Below, piece by piece: positions 40,727 through 50,383 of a stretch of 64,000 bases of DNA; positions within the stretch are counted from its first letter, which is position 1, and each line of letters begins with the position of its first letter. A model generated the notes under the pieces. It did not search any database and was not told where the DNA came from. It was given only the letters and a program-made list of their open reading frames with translations. The position numbers and the translations under genes are program-made. The stretch is from Candidatus Latescibacterota bacterium (GTDB taxonomy: Bacteria; Latescibacterota; CBDEFO01): the NCBI GenBank assembly GCA_965248755.1, contig OZ252149.1, positions 1,184,001 through 1,248,000 on the forward strand, in the 5' to 3' direction.

Positions 40727-42187
40727 GTGTCCTATTTACAACCCTCAGTGTCTACTAACCCGTGGAATATGAAAAGATTCAATTCTTGTATTATCTTCTT
40801 AGCTGATGGGGCAAGGGCTGATGTCACAGAGGAGATGCTGTCTGCTGGCAAATTGCCCAACATACAAAAATATGTACTTGAAGATGGGACCTATACTCGG
40901 GCGGTGACAGCTTTTCCATCCACCACAGGCCCGGCATACCTGCCTTTTCTCACCGGTTGCTTCCCCGGTTCGTGCAACTTGCCTGGGATCAGGTGGTTCG
41001 ATAGAGAAAGATATTTCAGGCAGGGCCTTTTCAGCTTGTACAGATTCAGAAGTTACATAGGCCCTGGCAACTACCTTATGAACAGGGACATCGATAAAGA
41101 TCGTCCGACCCTTTTCGAGATAGCCGATAACTCTGTCAACATCTTCAGCTCTCTGAGCAGGGGAGCTGGATTTTGGGGCAAAAGAGTAAACGTTCTGAAG
41201 GCGTTCTTTTGGGTTTTGGGACACTTTGCTCACCCCTGGCCTATTGTGGACAAGACGGCGGCTCGCTTGTTGGAGATAGCCCTTAGGAGGCGTCCCGACT
41301 TTGTGTATGCTGTCTTTCCTGCAATTGACGGACTTTCGCACATCGGATCTCCGTTTTCCCAGGAGGTTCTCGCCTCCTACAGAAGGATAGATGAAGCTGT
41401 GGGCAGAACAGGCGAGGCACTAAAAAAGATAGGCAGGCTCCAGGACACACTGCTTATCTTTGCCAGCGATCACGGGTTGACCGAGACCCATACGCATTTT
41501 GATCTGGTGGAATTTGTGGAAAACAGAGGGCTAAAGACTTTTCACTATCCAAGGATATCCAGAAATGGCTTCGACGCTGTGGTCATGGAGTCGGGCAACG
41601 GAATGGCTAACGTCTATCTGAAAAACTGCGACGGATGGTCAAGGAGAACACATCACGATGAGATTCGGAACATCGCGCCGGACCTCATCACAGATCTGGT
41701 AAAAAGAGATGAAGTAGCATGGATCGCCAGCAAGGATCAAAATGAAGCGATCCGCATAACCGGTCCAAACGGAGAGGCAAAGATCAAAAGTGAAGGTAAC
41801 ACCGTGATCTACAGCGTCGAAGGAGAAGACCCCTCAGGATACGATCCTCTGCCCGAAAGGATGACACACCAAGAAGTATTGCAGGCCACGTTCGATACCG
41901 AGCACCCTGACAGCCCGATCCAGCTCCTTCAGATATTTAAGTCGAAAAAGTGTGGTGACATTGTCTTGAGCGCCAATAAGGGGTTCGACCTGAGGAGGGC
42001 AGAGTCCGAAAGTCCCGAACATAAATCATCTCACGGATCTATGCATAAAGAGCATATGCACGTCCCTTTTTTGATTAACTATAAGATAAAAAGGACCAAA
42101 TTGAGGACAGCTGACATTTTTCCATCTATCTTAAAATTGATGGGGAAAAAGAACAACTTTGAAATAGACGGAGAGGCCTTTGTCTGA
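40727..42187 (+). CDS. Alkaline phosphatase superfamily (nucleotide pyrophosphatase/phosphodiesterase) protein
   Basis: FLADGAR, FPSTTGP, D.LSH..P, ASDHG, SHGS. Confidence 0.9.
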   Translation: MSYLQPSVSTNPWNMKRFNSCIIFLADGARADVTEEMLSAGKLPNIQKYVLEDGTYTRAVTAFPSTTGPAYLPFLTGCFPGSCNLPGIRWFDRERYFRQGLFSLYRFRSYIGPGNYLMNRDIDKDRPTLFEIADNSVNIFSSLSRGAGFWGKRVNVLKAFFWVLGHFAHPWPIVDKTAARLLEIALRRRPDFVYAVFPAIDGLSHIGSPFSQEVLASYRRIDEAVGRTGEALKKIGRLQDTLLIFASDHGLTETHTHFDLVEFVENRGLKTFHYPRISRNGFDAVVMESGNGMANVYLKNCDGWSRRTHHDEIRNIAPDLITDLVKRDEVAWIASKDQNEAIRITGPNGEAKIKSEGNTVIYSVEGEDPSGYDPLPERMTHQEVLQATFDTEHPDSPIQLLQIFKSKKCGDIVLSANKGFDLRRAESESPEHKSSHGSMHKEHMHVPFLINYKIKRTKLRTADIFPSILKLMGKKNNFEIDGEAFV

Positions 42188-42249
42188 TGACAAAGGCTCA
42201 AAGTCGCAGAGACTACCTACTACAGTCTTTATAAATATGGGGGGGCACT

Positions 42250-43260
42250 ATGAAATGGCTATCTAAGGTGCGCCTGACGGTGGAAGAAGCAAGACAGTTG
42301 TTGCGCGCCATGATTTCTACCAAACACCCTATCAATGCCCAGATAGTCGCCATAAGGAGATGTAACCTCAGCTGCACCTATTGTAACGAATACGATCAAA
42401 CATCGGATCCGGTTCCTATTCCTGATCTATTCGCACGTATTGACCGGCTCAAAGAACTGAAGACCGCTTCTATAACGATTACCGGTGGCGAGCCCCTTTT
42501 GCACCCTCAGCTGTCAGAGGTTATCGAAAGGATCCGTTTCCATCGTATGGTCGCAGGTGTGATTACAAATGCCTATCTACTTACCAAAGATCGCATCAGG
42601 GAACTTAACGAGTCGGGCCTGCAGCATATGCAGATCAGCATCGACAACGCCAAGCCGGACGAAGTCTCTGTCAAAAGCTTAAAAGTTCTGGACAAAAAGC
42701 TTAAGTTACTTGCCGATTATGCGGACTTCAAAGTGAACATCAATTGCGTTTTAGGTGCCTTGCACGATCGTGCTGAGGATGCCTTGTTGATTTCAGAGCG
42801 CGCCGTTCAATATGGCTTTTCGCATTCGATAGGCATTATTCATCAACAAGACGGATTCATGAAGCCACTGTCCGAGAAGGCCTGCCAGGTCTACAGACAG
42901 ATAAAAGAGAGGTATCCAAACAACTTCTGGTCGTACGTCGTCAACAATAGATTCCAAGATGAACTTGTGAAAAACGGGCAGGTGGATTGGAAATGTCGCG
43001 CCGGTGCACGTTATCTCTACATATGCGAAGATGGACTTGTCCACTACTGTTCGCAACAGCGCGGAAATCCGGGTATACCCCTTGAGGAGTACACCAACTG
43101 GAATATTCAACAGGAGTACAGCCGGAAGAAGCTCTGCAGCAAATTCTGTACGATAGGATGCGTTCAACGCGTCAGTCAGCTCGATAACTGGCGCGACGAG
43201 CAGACCCTGGATCCGCCATATTATCCGATTCTTAACTCGGCAATACCTATCTCAAAATAG
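42250..43260 (+). CDS. Radical SAM protein with C-terminal SPASM/twitch-like cysteines
   Basis: CNLSCTYC, TGGEPLLHP, CRAG...YICEDG.VHYC, C..C...C. Confidence 0.92.
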   Translation: MKWLSKVRLTVEEARQLLRAMISTKHPINAQIVAIRRCNLSCTYCNEYDQTSDPVPIPDLFARIDRLKELKTASITITGGEPLLHPQLSEVIERIRFHRMVAGVITNAYLLTKDRIRELNESGLQHMQISIDNAKPDEVSVKSLKVLDKKLKLLADYADFKVNINCVLGALHDRAEDALLISERAVQYGFSHSIGIIHQQDGFMKPLSEKACQVYRQIKERYPNNFWSYVVNNRFQDELVKNGQVDWKCRAGARYLYICEDGLVHYCSQQRGNPGIPLEEYTNWNIQQEYSRKKLCSKFCTIGCVQRVSQLDNWRDEQTLDPPYYPILNSAIPISK

Positions 43261-43435
43261 TAGACAGCAGTCAGTAGACAGCATAGAGGGACTCCCCCTG
43301 CTTCCCTTGAATGTAGGGGCTGGGTTACCCAGCCCTTGGGGCGAGGCGCCGTGGGGCACGGCGTGCATTGTTAGGGAGTGGAGGCAACAAGCCACGAAGT
43401 GGTCGCCTCTACATCTTTGTCTGGGAGGAGATATA

Positions 43436-44362
43436 TTGAGAGTAGCCGAAGAGAGTATATTAGAGTTAGTAGGCAAAACTCCCATGATCCGTCTCGACAG
43501 GATCAGAAAGAATGGTTGGGCAGAGATATGCGCTAAACTGGAGGACCTGAACCCCGGAGGTTCTGTAAAGGACAGGATATGTCTTGCGATGATAGAGGAG
43601 GCCGAAAGATCGGGAAAATTGAAGGAGGGCTATACCATAGTCGAGCCGACGAGCGGAAATACGGGCATAGGTCTGGCGATGGTCGCGGCTGTTAAGGGCT
43701 ACAGATTGATCTTGACGATGCCAGAGACCATGAGCATGGAGCGGAGGAATTTCTTGGCCGCTTACGGGGCGGAGATAGTCCTGACACCGGGAGAGGAGGA
43801 CATGAAGGGGGCGGTAAAAGTGGCGGTGAAGATCGTAGAGAACAATTCGAATTGCTTTATGCCTCACCAGTTTACAAACCTCGCAAATCCCGAGGCGCAC
43901 AGGAAGACCACGGCGATGGAGATCCTCTCAGAAACGGAAGGCAAACTGGACGCTTTCGTTGCAGGAATAGGTACAGGGGGGACTATAACAGGCGTGGGAC
44001 AGGCCCTAAAAGAAAAGCTCAAGGATGTGTTAATAGTCGGGATCGAACCGGCTAAGTCAGCAGTTCTGTCGGGCGGAAAGCCCGGACTCCACGATATTCA
44101 GGGGATAGGCGCAGGCTTCGTACCCGAGGTGCTCGATATGGACGTGGTGGACGAGGTGATAGCAGTAAGCGATGAGGACGCCTTTGAAACTGCAGAGTTG
44201 ATCGCAAGGAAAGAAGGGGCACTAATGGGAATATCGTCAGGGGCAAATATCTTTGGTGCTATGAAGATAGCAGAAAGGCTGGGCGAAGGTAAAAGGGTTG
44301 TGACGATCCTGCCAGATACTGGGCAAAGATATTTCAGTATGAGAGATAAGTTTCTAAGGTAA
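43436..44362 (+). CDS. cysK: Cysteine synthase A
   Basis: NPGGSVKDR, EPTSGNTG, GTGGT, HDIQGIGAGF, GISSGA; TTG start after GGAGG. Confidence 0.95.
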   Translation: MRVAEESILELVGKTPMIRLDRIRKNGWAEICAKLEDLNPGGSVKDRICLAMIEEAERSGKLKEGYTIVEPTSGNTGIGLAMVAAVKGYRLILTMPETMSMERRNFLAAYGAEIVLTPGEEDMKGAVKVAVKIVENNSNCFMPHQFTNLANPEAHRKTTAMEILSETEGKLDAFVAGIGTGGTITGVGQALKEKLKDVLIVGIEPAKSAVLSGGKPGLHDIQGIGAGFVPEVLDMDVVDEVIAVSDEDAFETAELIARKEGALMGISSGANIFGAMKIAERLGEGKRVVTILPDTGQRYFSMRDKFLR

Positions 44363-44380
44363 AAAGGAGGAACAGAGGCT

Positions 44381-44683
44381 ATGCCAGCTATTGCCCACGT
44401 CATCGTTAAAGAAAAGGACAATGTAGCTACCCTTATAGGTGATGTGAAGAAGGGAGACCAGATAAAGGCCAGTGCCAAGGGCGTGGATCTGGAATTTGTC
44501 GCAGAAGAGGACATCCCCTACGGTCATAAGATCGCCCTTGAGGATATAAAAAGGGGAGAGACCGTATTTAAGTATGGTCTGGGTATAGGCTCTGCTTCTG
44601 TGGACATCAAGGCGGGGGACTACGTTCACGTTCACAACATCGAGAGCAACAGAGGACGCGGCGATTTAAAAAAGGAAAAGTAA
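44381..44683 (+). CDS. UxaA-family SAF-domain subunit (altronate dehydratase/SuyA-like)
   Basis: DNVAT, IPYGHKIA, KYG..IG.A..DI..G..VHVHN. Confidence 0.9.
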   Translation: MPAIAHVIVKEKDNVATLIGDVKKGDQIKASAKGVDLEFVAEEDIPYGHKIALEDIKRGETVFKYGLGIGSASVDIKAGDYVHVHNIESNRGRGDLKKEK

Positions 44684-44684
44684 A

Positions 44685-45857
44685 ATGAGAGACACATTCT
44701 GGGGATATGTTCGAGGGGACAGCACCGTAGGAGTAAGAAACTACCTTTTGATGCTTTCGGGGACCCTATACGCCAATACCCTTTGCGAGCGTGTGACAAA
44801 TATACTTGATAATACAATTCCTATTGTCCATCCTCTGGGGAGATGTCAGATAGCACCCGATTTGAAACAGACGTTTGACACCTTGGTCGGCCACGGTGCC
44901 AATCCGAACGCCGGCGCAGTGATCGTTGTTGACCACTTCAAGGAGGAGGGCTGCACCGCCGAGGAGATAGCACACGAAATCTCCAAGACGGGAAAGCCCG
45001 TCGAAGCCGTCAACATCAGGGCTTCAGGAGGCGCTGTTGAGGCTACCTCCAAATGCATATCTCTGGGAATAGATATGCAACGCGAGATCACGTCGAACCT
45101 GAGAGAAGAAGTGAACGTCTCCAACATACTGTTAGGATTAAACTGCGGAACGTCGGATACCACATCAGGCCTTGCGTCCAATCCCGCTGTGGGGTACTGC
45201 TCAGATATGATCATAGACCAGGGCGGAAGGTCTATATTAGCTGAGACCACAGAGATGATGGGAGGTGAGGACATGCTTGCCCGAAGGGCTGTAAATGAAG
45301 GAGTAGCTCAGAAGATATACGATATTGTAAAGGCTATGGAAAAGAAGATACTGGAGTACGGAGTCGATCTGAGGGGATCTCAGCCCACAGGGGATAATAT
45401 CGCGGGGGGACTTTCAACAATCGAGGAAAAATCGATAGGAGCTATTCAGAAGAGCGGCACAAAGCCCATCATAGATGTGATCGAGTACGCCCAGGCTCCG
45501 GGGAAGGAGCCCGGTCTCTATATTATGGATACACCGGGTCACGGCGGCGAATCTATCACGGGAATAGCGGCGGGCGGCGCACAGATTATGTTCTTCTCAA
45601 CGGGAGGAGGACACAATATAAATCATCCACTGATGATCACAATAAGGGTTACGGGCCATAAGGAATCCTTCGAGCTGATGAAACCTACTATGGAAGTGGA
45701 CCTGTCGGACATCTTCTCTGAAGGCACCTCGATAGAGGAGGCGGGGGAGAGAATATATAACGAATTGTTGGACACCGCTTCCGGCAAAATGACAAAAGCC
45801 GAGATCTTGAAAGAATACAACGCCTTTGCCATCAACCGCATCGGACCGAGCGTTTAA
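44685..45857 (+). CDS. UxaA-family dehydratase/lyase large subunit (SuyB/GarD-like)
   Basis: GY.R....GVRN, CG.SD..SG...NPAVG, GLSTIEEKS.G, FSTGGG. Confidence 0.9.
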   Translation: MRDTFWGYVRGDSTVGVRNYLLMLSGTLYANTLCERVTNILDNTIPIVHPLGRCQIAPDLKQTFDTLVGHGANPNAGAVIVVDHFKEEGCTAEEIAHEISKTGKPVEAVNIRASGGAVEATSKCISLGIDMQREITSNLREEVNVSNILLGLNCGTSDTTSGLASNPAVGYCSDMIIDQGGRSILAETTEMMGGEDMLARRAVNEGVAQKIYDIVKAMEKKILEYGVDLRGSQPTGDNIAGGLSTIEEKSIGAIQKSGTKPIIDVIEYAQAPGKEPGLYIMDTPGHGGESITGIAAGGAQIMFFSTGGGHNINHPLMITIRVTGHKESFELMKPTMEVDLSDIFSEGTSIEEAGERIYNELLDTASGKMTKAEILKEYNAFAINRIGPSV

Positions 45858-45918
45858 GATAAACTAAAGAGCGTTTTGTCGTTTGTATATGCTCAACTTA
45901 CTCAAAAGGAGGTATTCT

Positions 45919-46230
45919 ATGCGTTTCTTATTCAAGGCTGTCTGGGATGTTGAGGCCAGTAATGCAGCAATAAAGGAAGGTCGAATGGGCGAAATTGTCG
46001 AGTCCATCCTCGCCGACCTGAAGCCCGAAGCAGTGTACTTCGTGGCGGAGAACGGGAAGAGGGCGGCCTATATCATCCTGGATATGCAGGACACTTCGCA
46101 AATGCCGGCGATAGCGGAGCCATGGTTCCTTGCCTTCAATGCCGCCGTCGAGTTGATTCCGGTCATGGTCCCTGAGGATCTGATGAAGGCGGGACCGGCC
46201 ATCGAGGAAGCGGTCAAGAAGTACGGGTAA
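45919..46230 (+). CDS. Small hypothetical ferredoxin-like-fold protein
   Basis: AGGAGG RBS; LKPEA.YF....G.R, PAIAEPWF..F.A.V...PVM..EDL. Confidence 0.75.
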   Translation: MRFLFKAVWDVEASNAAIKEGRMGEIVESILADLKPEAVYFVAENGKRAAYIILDMQDTSQMPAIAEPWFLAFNAAVELIPVMVPEDLMKAGPAIEEAVKKYG

Positions 46231-46239
46231 ACCGGACAA

Positions 46240-46271
46240 TCCCCGCTGGATGTGAATCTGGCGGGGGTTTG
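46240..46271 (+). terminator. Intrinsic terminator
   Basis: CCCCGCTGGAT-GTGA-ATCTGGCGGGG followed by a T-rich tract. Confidence 0.6.
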
Positions 46272-46586
46272 TTACATGTGGTTGTAAAACAGTCATTTAT
46301 CGTCAATTGTAAAAATTAAATCCTCGAACACTTAGCTCCCGTGATCTATAGGAAGAATAGGTTCACGCTGTACGGGACTGTGGCTTAATGTTGGATCGCC
46401 TTGAAGGAAGCCCTACTTACAAAGTCTGTACCTCTGGAGCTTGTGCCGAGAAGGGAAACGTGCAGAACAGAGAGATCCCCTTTATTTGGGCTTAGGTCTG
46501 CGCAAGATCGAGATTTAGATAGACGTCTTTACAAATCTCTATTTTTTTGTCATAATTACCCGTAAGCTGTAGGAAAGAGTCAGGAG

Positions 46587-47354
46587 ATGATCCTTATGGC
46601 CGAAGAAAGGCCTATATTCCTACAGTCCGACGGTCGCCCGGAGCATAGAAGTATAGATGAAATTCCCCGTGACGCGATCGCCGGGGGGGACTTCAACGAT
46701 CTCCCGGGTAGGGGAAGACCGCTCGACTGGGAGGACTATTTTGCCAGCGGTCCGGAACACCGCATCGGCTACAGGCTCCTCAAGGATAACCAGCTTCTAC
46801 CTGAGCCCCTTCAGGACCGCAAAGAAGCGGAGGAACTGCAACAGGCCGGTGAGGGACTCCTGATCAGGGAGGCGAAAGTCCTAAAGGACATCGGGGAAGA
46901 AATCAGCCGGAAGTCCATCCCTTTAGTGACATGCTTTCTAAATCGGCAGACTCTCACGAGATGCCTCGGTCTTGACTCCTGGCCTCCCTGCTTTGCCGAG
47001 CCGGCGGCAGGTTCGAGGCCCGACCTGCTACGCGTCCTCAGACAGATAGAATGCCTTCAGTCTCTAATCTCACGCTACAATCACCGCATAGATGCACTGA
47101 TCCTTAAATATCTGGACCTCTTGAAAGGGGCCAACGAATATATCCACGGACTCAACAATAAGATCGCCTCCACCGGACGCTTCAACAGCTCCCTCCACAT
47201 AGTCCCGTTAAACCTTTCTGCTCGGGAACAAAAGGTCCGGGCGCGTTTTCCCGAACTGCCTCCGTTCCCGGAAGATCTCCCGAAGCGCATCCAGACCTAC
47301 TATAGAGAAACTCCTGGCCCCTCCTGGATCAGCGTGTATGAGAGCTTTTTTTAG
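46587..47354 (+). CDS. DUF1992 (DnaJ C28-like) domain protein
   Basis: I..A...G.FNDLPG.G.PL, Y..LK.N..LP. Confidence 0.75.
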   Translation: MILMAEERPIFLQSDGRPEHRSIDEIPRDAIAGGDFNDLPGRGRPLDWEDYFASGPEHRIGYRLLKDNQLLPEPLQDRKEAEELQQAGEGLLIREAKVLKDIGEEISRKSIPLVTCFLNRQTLTRCLGLDSWPPCFAEPAAGSRPDLLRVLRQIECLQSLISRYNHRIDALILKYLDLLKGANEYIHGLNNKIASTGRFNSSLHIVPLNLSAREQKVRARFPELPPFPEDLPKRIQTYYRETPGPSWISVYESFF

Positions 47355-47375
47355 GGAAAATAGTCTCCCGTTCAT

Positions 47376-48035
47376 ATGTACACTACGCAGAACATGGATT
47401 CGTGTCTCAAGAATAATCAACCTCCAAGCTATGAGGACGCCGTAGAGCATATCAGGCTCTCGGAATCGGCGACTGTACATGGTGTGGACTCATGGCTCGA
47501 CTACTGCCAGCGCTGGGAGATATATCACCTTCCGACGCGGGAATTCGTGCATCTCCTATCAGATAAGATAAGGCTTTTGGAGGTCGATAACCTCTTAGAG
47601 GTCTGTACTGGGTTCGGTCTTTTGAGTTCAGGGCTGCACAACGAGGGGCACAAAGTAATAGCTGTCGATTCTGGAGACTGGAAGGACACAGCCCCTCCCG
47701 TTCCCCGATTGAATCTATCAAGGATTCAGAGGATGAGTGCAAAGGGGGCACTGGAAAGATATAACCCTGATCTGGTTATAGGCTGTTGGACGCCGTCAGA
47801 TGGAACTGTGGACATCCAGGTGATGCGATATCCCTCCGTGAGGTATTATATCTACATAGCTCAATCGTCAAAAACGTCTGTCGGTTCCCAGAGGGTCTGG
47901 GAACAAGGGGGATGGAGTGTCTGTGAGTTGAAACACCTTGAAAAATACAGCCTCTGCCGCTACGACTTTTTCATAGGAATCACTGAAGGAGAACTGATGA
48001 AACACAGCAGGTCTTTTCTCTTTTGCAGGAGCTAA
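47376..48035 (+). CDS. Putative SAM-dependent methyltransferase-like protein
   Basis: LLEVCTGFGLLS..L, VIAVDSG.W, DLVIGCW.P. Confidence 0.6.
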   Translation: MYTTQNMDSCLKNNQPPSYEDAVEHIRLSESATVHGVDSWLDYCQRWEIYHLPTREFVHLLSDKIRLLEVDNLLEVCTGFGLLSSGLHNEGHKVIAVDSGDWKDTAPPVPRLNLSRIQRMSAKGALERYNPDLVIGCWTPSDGTVDIQVMRYPSVRYYIYIAQSSKTSVGSQRVWEQGGWSVCELKHLEKYSLCRYDFFIGITEGELMKHSRSFLFCRS

Positions 48036-48038
48036 TAT

Positions 48039-48797
48039 TCAACCTCTTACAGTCTCCAACGCCTTCCTTGCTCCGTCCAGGGCAAATCCCATGTCCCCTC
48101 CGACAATCACGAGCTTAGCTCCTTTATTGAGCCAGGATTTAGCTTCATCGGGACCTGATGTGGACAACCCGAAGGCTACATTATTCTTCTCGCACACTTC
48201 CATGATCTTTTCGAACCTCTCTCTGACCTCTTCAACTGCCTCCCCCGGGAACTTGCCCAGTGAAAAACTCAGATCGGAAGGCCCGCAGAACGTTCCATCA
48301 ATGCCTTCCACGGACAGAATCTCCTCGATGTTGTCCACAGCTTTCTGCTGCTCTATCTGGATGAAGACTCCGACTTCATCGTTGGCTCTTTTCATATATT
48401 CGGCGGGATAGGCTCCATATCCTGATGAGAGCCAGGGTCCGCTGCCCCTTATGCCTTCGGGCGGATACCTGGTCGCTGCAACTGCCTGACGAGCCTCCTC
48501 GGCGCTGTTTATCATGGGGAAGATAACGTTATAGACTCCGGAGTCCAGAACCTGCTTTACTATCACAAAATCGTTCCACGGAACTCGTACTATCGCCTCC
48601 GTTTCTGACGCTTCTATAGCTATTATCAAAGAGGGTAGAACGGCTCTATCTACGGATGAGTGCTCCATATCGAAAAGCATAAAGTCAAAGCCCACCTTGG
48701 AGAGGGCGTTTGCCAGTATAGGATTCGGCACAGATAAACCTATGCCCGCTACGGCCTGTCCACTTCTAAATTTTTCCTTGATACGATTGGTCCTCAT
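48039..48797 (-). CDS. HpcH/HpaI aldolase family protein
   Basis: FD.EH, VRVP, LD.G, RYPP.G.RG, QIE, GPSDLS. Confidence 0.93.
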   Translation of the reverse strand: MRTNRIKEKFRSGQAVAGIGLSVPNPILANALSKVGFDFMLFDMEHSSVDRAVLPSLIIAIEASETEAIVRVPWNDFVIVKQVLDSGVYNVIFPMINSAEEARQAVAATRYPPEGIRGSGPWLSSGYGAYPAEYMKRANDEVGVFIQIEQQKAVDNIEEILSVEGIDGTFCGPSDLSFSLGKFPGEAVEEVRERFEKIMEVCEKNNVAFGLSTSGPDEAKSWLNKGAKLVIVGGDMGFALDGARKALETVRG

Positions 48798-49097
48798 ATT
48801 TGCTCTCTCCCTTTTTAAGGCCACAAAACTTTGTGAAGAATTTATGTCAAAGATAAGTGCAGTTCCTTGCAAAGTAAAGAACTATTTACAAGGAAATTCC
48901 CAATTGCCTCTATCTTTAGAATCAACGATAAGCCCTCAATCTGATATGCACAGACATCTTGCCTATCAAATAGGTTGATCCCCTATAAAATCAGTGGCTG
49001 AAAGCCAATAGATTCATTTGGAGGTTGATTTTATCCTGTCGATATCGTATTTTTTATGTAAGCATTCCGAGAATCCGCGTTTTAAATATAAGGGACA

Positions 49098-49655
49098 ATG
49101 AAAAAAGAATTTATAAAAGCTTTCTTCCTTCTGCTTATTCTATTTCATGCAAGAGCGTTCGGACAGACCGGTTCGGACATGGGAGCAGAACGGCTTTTCT
49201 ACCTGGGAGCCGCACGATTCTCTAAAAGCCAGATCAAAGACCCCGCATGGGAGGAGGCAAAAGAGTACTTGAAGGCGGCGATTAGAGTATCTCCAGAACA
49301 TCAAAAGTCGTCGGCTCTTCTGCAGATAATGGAACAGATGGAAAAGCAAGATCAGCAGCAACAAGAAAATCAATCCGACCAACAGCAGCAAGGGACTGAA
49401 TCTGATACCCAAGGTGTAGAGAATCAGCAGGAAGCTCAAAGTGATACTTCTTTTGCCGCGCAGAGTCAATCCCCGATAGATTCAATCGGGGATAGTTCAC
49501 AAATTTCCCAGGAAAGTGGAGCCGACACAAGCATGACAAAGTCCCAAAAGGAGGCAGCAAGACTCTTGGAATTATTTATAGAGAATCAGGAGAAAGTGTC
49601 CAAGAATATCCGAGATCGGAGCATCCAAAGGAGCCGGTCGGAAAAGGACTGGTAG
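49098..49655 (+). CDS. BatC-like exported protein (TPR fragment, Q-rich linker, EKDW terminus)
   Basis: Signal peptide, poly-Q linker, EAARLL...E...EKDW end typical of BatC. Confidence 0.55.
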   Translation: MKKEFIKAFFLLLILFHARAFGQTGSDMGAERLFYLGAARFSKSQIKDPAWEEAKEYLKAAIRVSPEHQKSSALLQIMEQMEKQDQQQQENQSDQQQQGTESDTQGVENQQEAQSDTSFAAQSQSPIDSIGDSSQISQESGADTSMTKSQKEAARLLELFIENQEKVSKNIRDRSIQRSRSEKDW

Positions 49656-49672
49656 GAGGACGAAGCTAAATA

Positions 49673-50308
49673 ATGGCAAAAAAGCATCTGGCCATATTCA
49701 TCATCCTCTTTTTGGCCTCAGCGCTGATGGCTATTGCGGGTTTCCTGAATGACCTGAATAGCGTCGCTGCAAAGGTGGAAGAGGGAAATCGACTATTTTT
49801 TGAGGGGGATTACGAGGGTGCTGAAAAGTGGTATCGAGACGCTCAGATAGAAGACCCTACCTCATCTCGGATCCATCTAAATACAGGAGATGTCCTCCAT
49901 AAACAGGACAAACACCAGGAGGCTATCTCGGAGTATCAGAAGGCTCTGCCGTCCGATGAACCGGCTTTGGAGGCTATGAAGAACTACAATATAGGAAATT
50001 CCTTCTTTAAGGAAAATATGCTAACAGAAGCCCGTGGGTCCTATAAGAAGGCGCTGGACATAAACGCTTATGATCAGGATGCAAAATTCAATCTGGAGAT
50101 AGTCCAAAACAGACTTGATCAAATAGCAGGAGTCTTTGGAAAGTCTTTAGAGTTGGTGACCGGGGGTAAAGTTGACCAAGCTTTGTCTTTGGTCACAATG
50201 ACGCTTGTGGAAAATCCACATGAGGCAGCTTTCCTGTCGGAGCACCGGCAGCATCTGGATATCATCGCCAATGTAATCGCAGCATCAGAGCATAAATCTG
50301 TGATGTAG
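49673..50308 (+). CDS. TPR protein (BatC N-terminal-like)
   Basis: GN.LF..G.Y..A...Y, YNIGN, YKKAL..N..D.DAKFNLE. Confidence 0.7.
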   Translation: MAKKHLAIFIILFLASALMAIAGFLNDLNSVAAKVEEGNRLFFEGDYEGAEKWYRDAQIEDPTSSRIHLNTGDVLHKQDKHQEAISEYQKALPSDEPALEAMKNYNIGNSFFKENMLTEARGSYKKALDINAYDQDAKFNLEIVQNRLDQIAGVFGKSLELVTGGKVDQALSLVTMTLVENPHEAAFLSEHRQHLDIIANVIAASEHKSVM

Positions 50309-50383
50309 CCCCCCTAATAAATTCAATTGGGGGTTAAATCGGGGGCAGATCACAAAATCGGCTAATAAACCAGGAAACTGAAG

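Noticed and set aside
43307..43435. N-terminal extension of CysK in the ORF track
   Set aside because: It translates a REP-like repeat (GTAGGGGC..., CAAGCCACGAA.TGG, also near 428); the real start is TTG 43436 after GGAGG.
46320..46520. Intergenic stretch with short hairpins, considered as 6S or another ncRNA
   Set aside because: No long closing stem or recognisable consensus.
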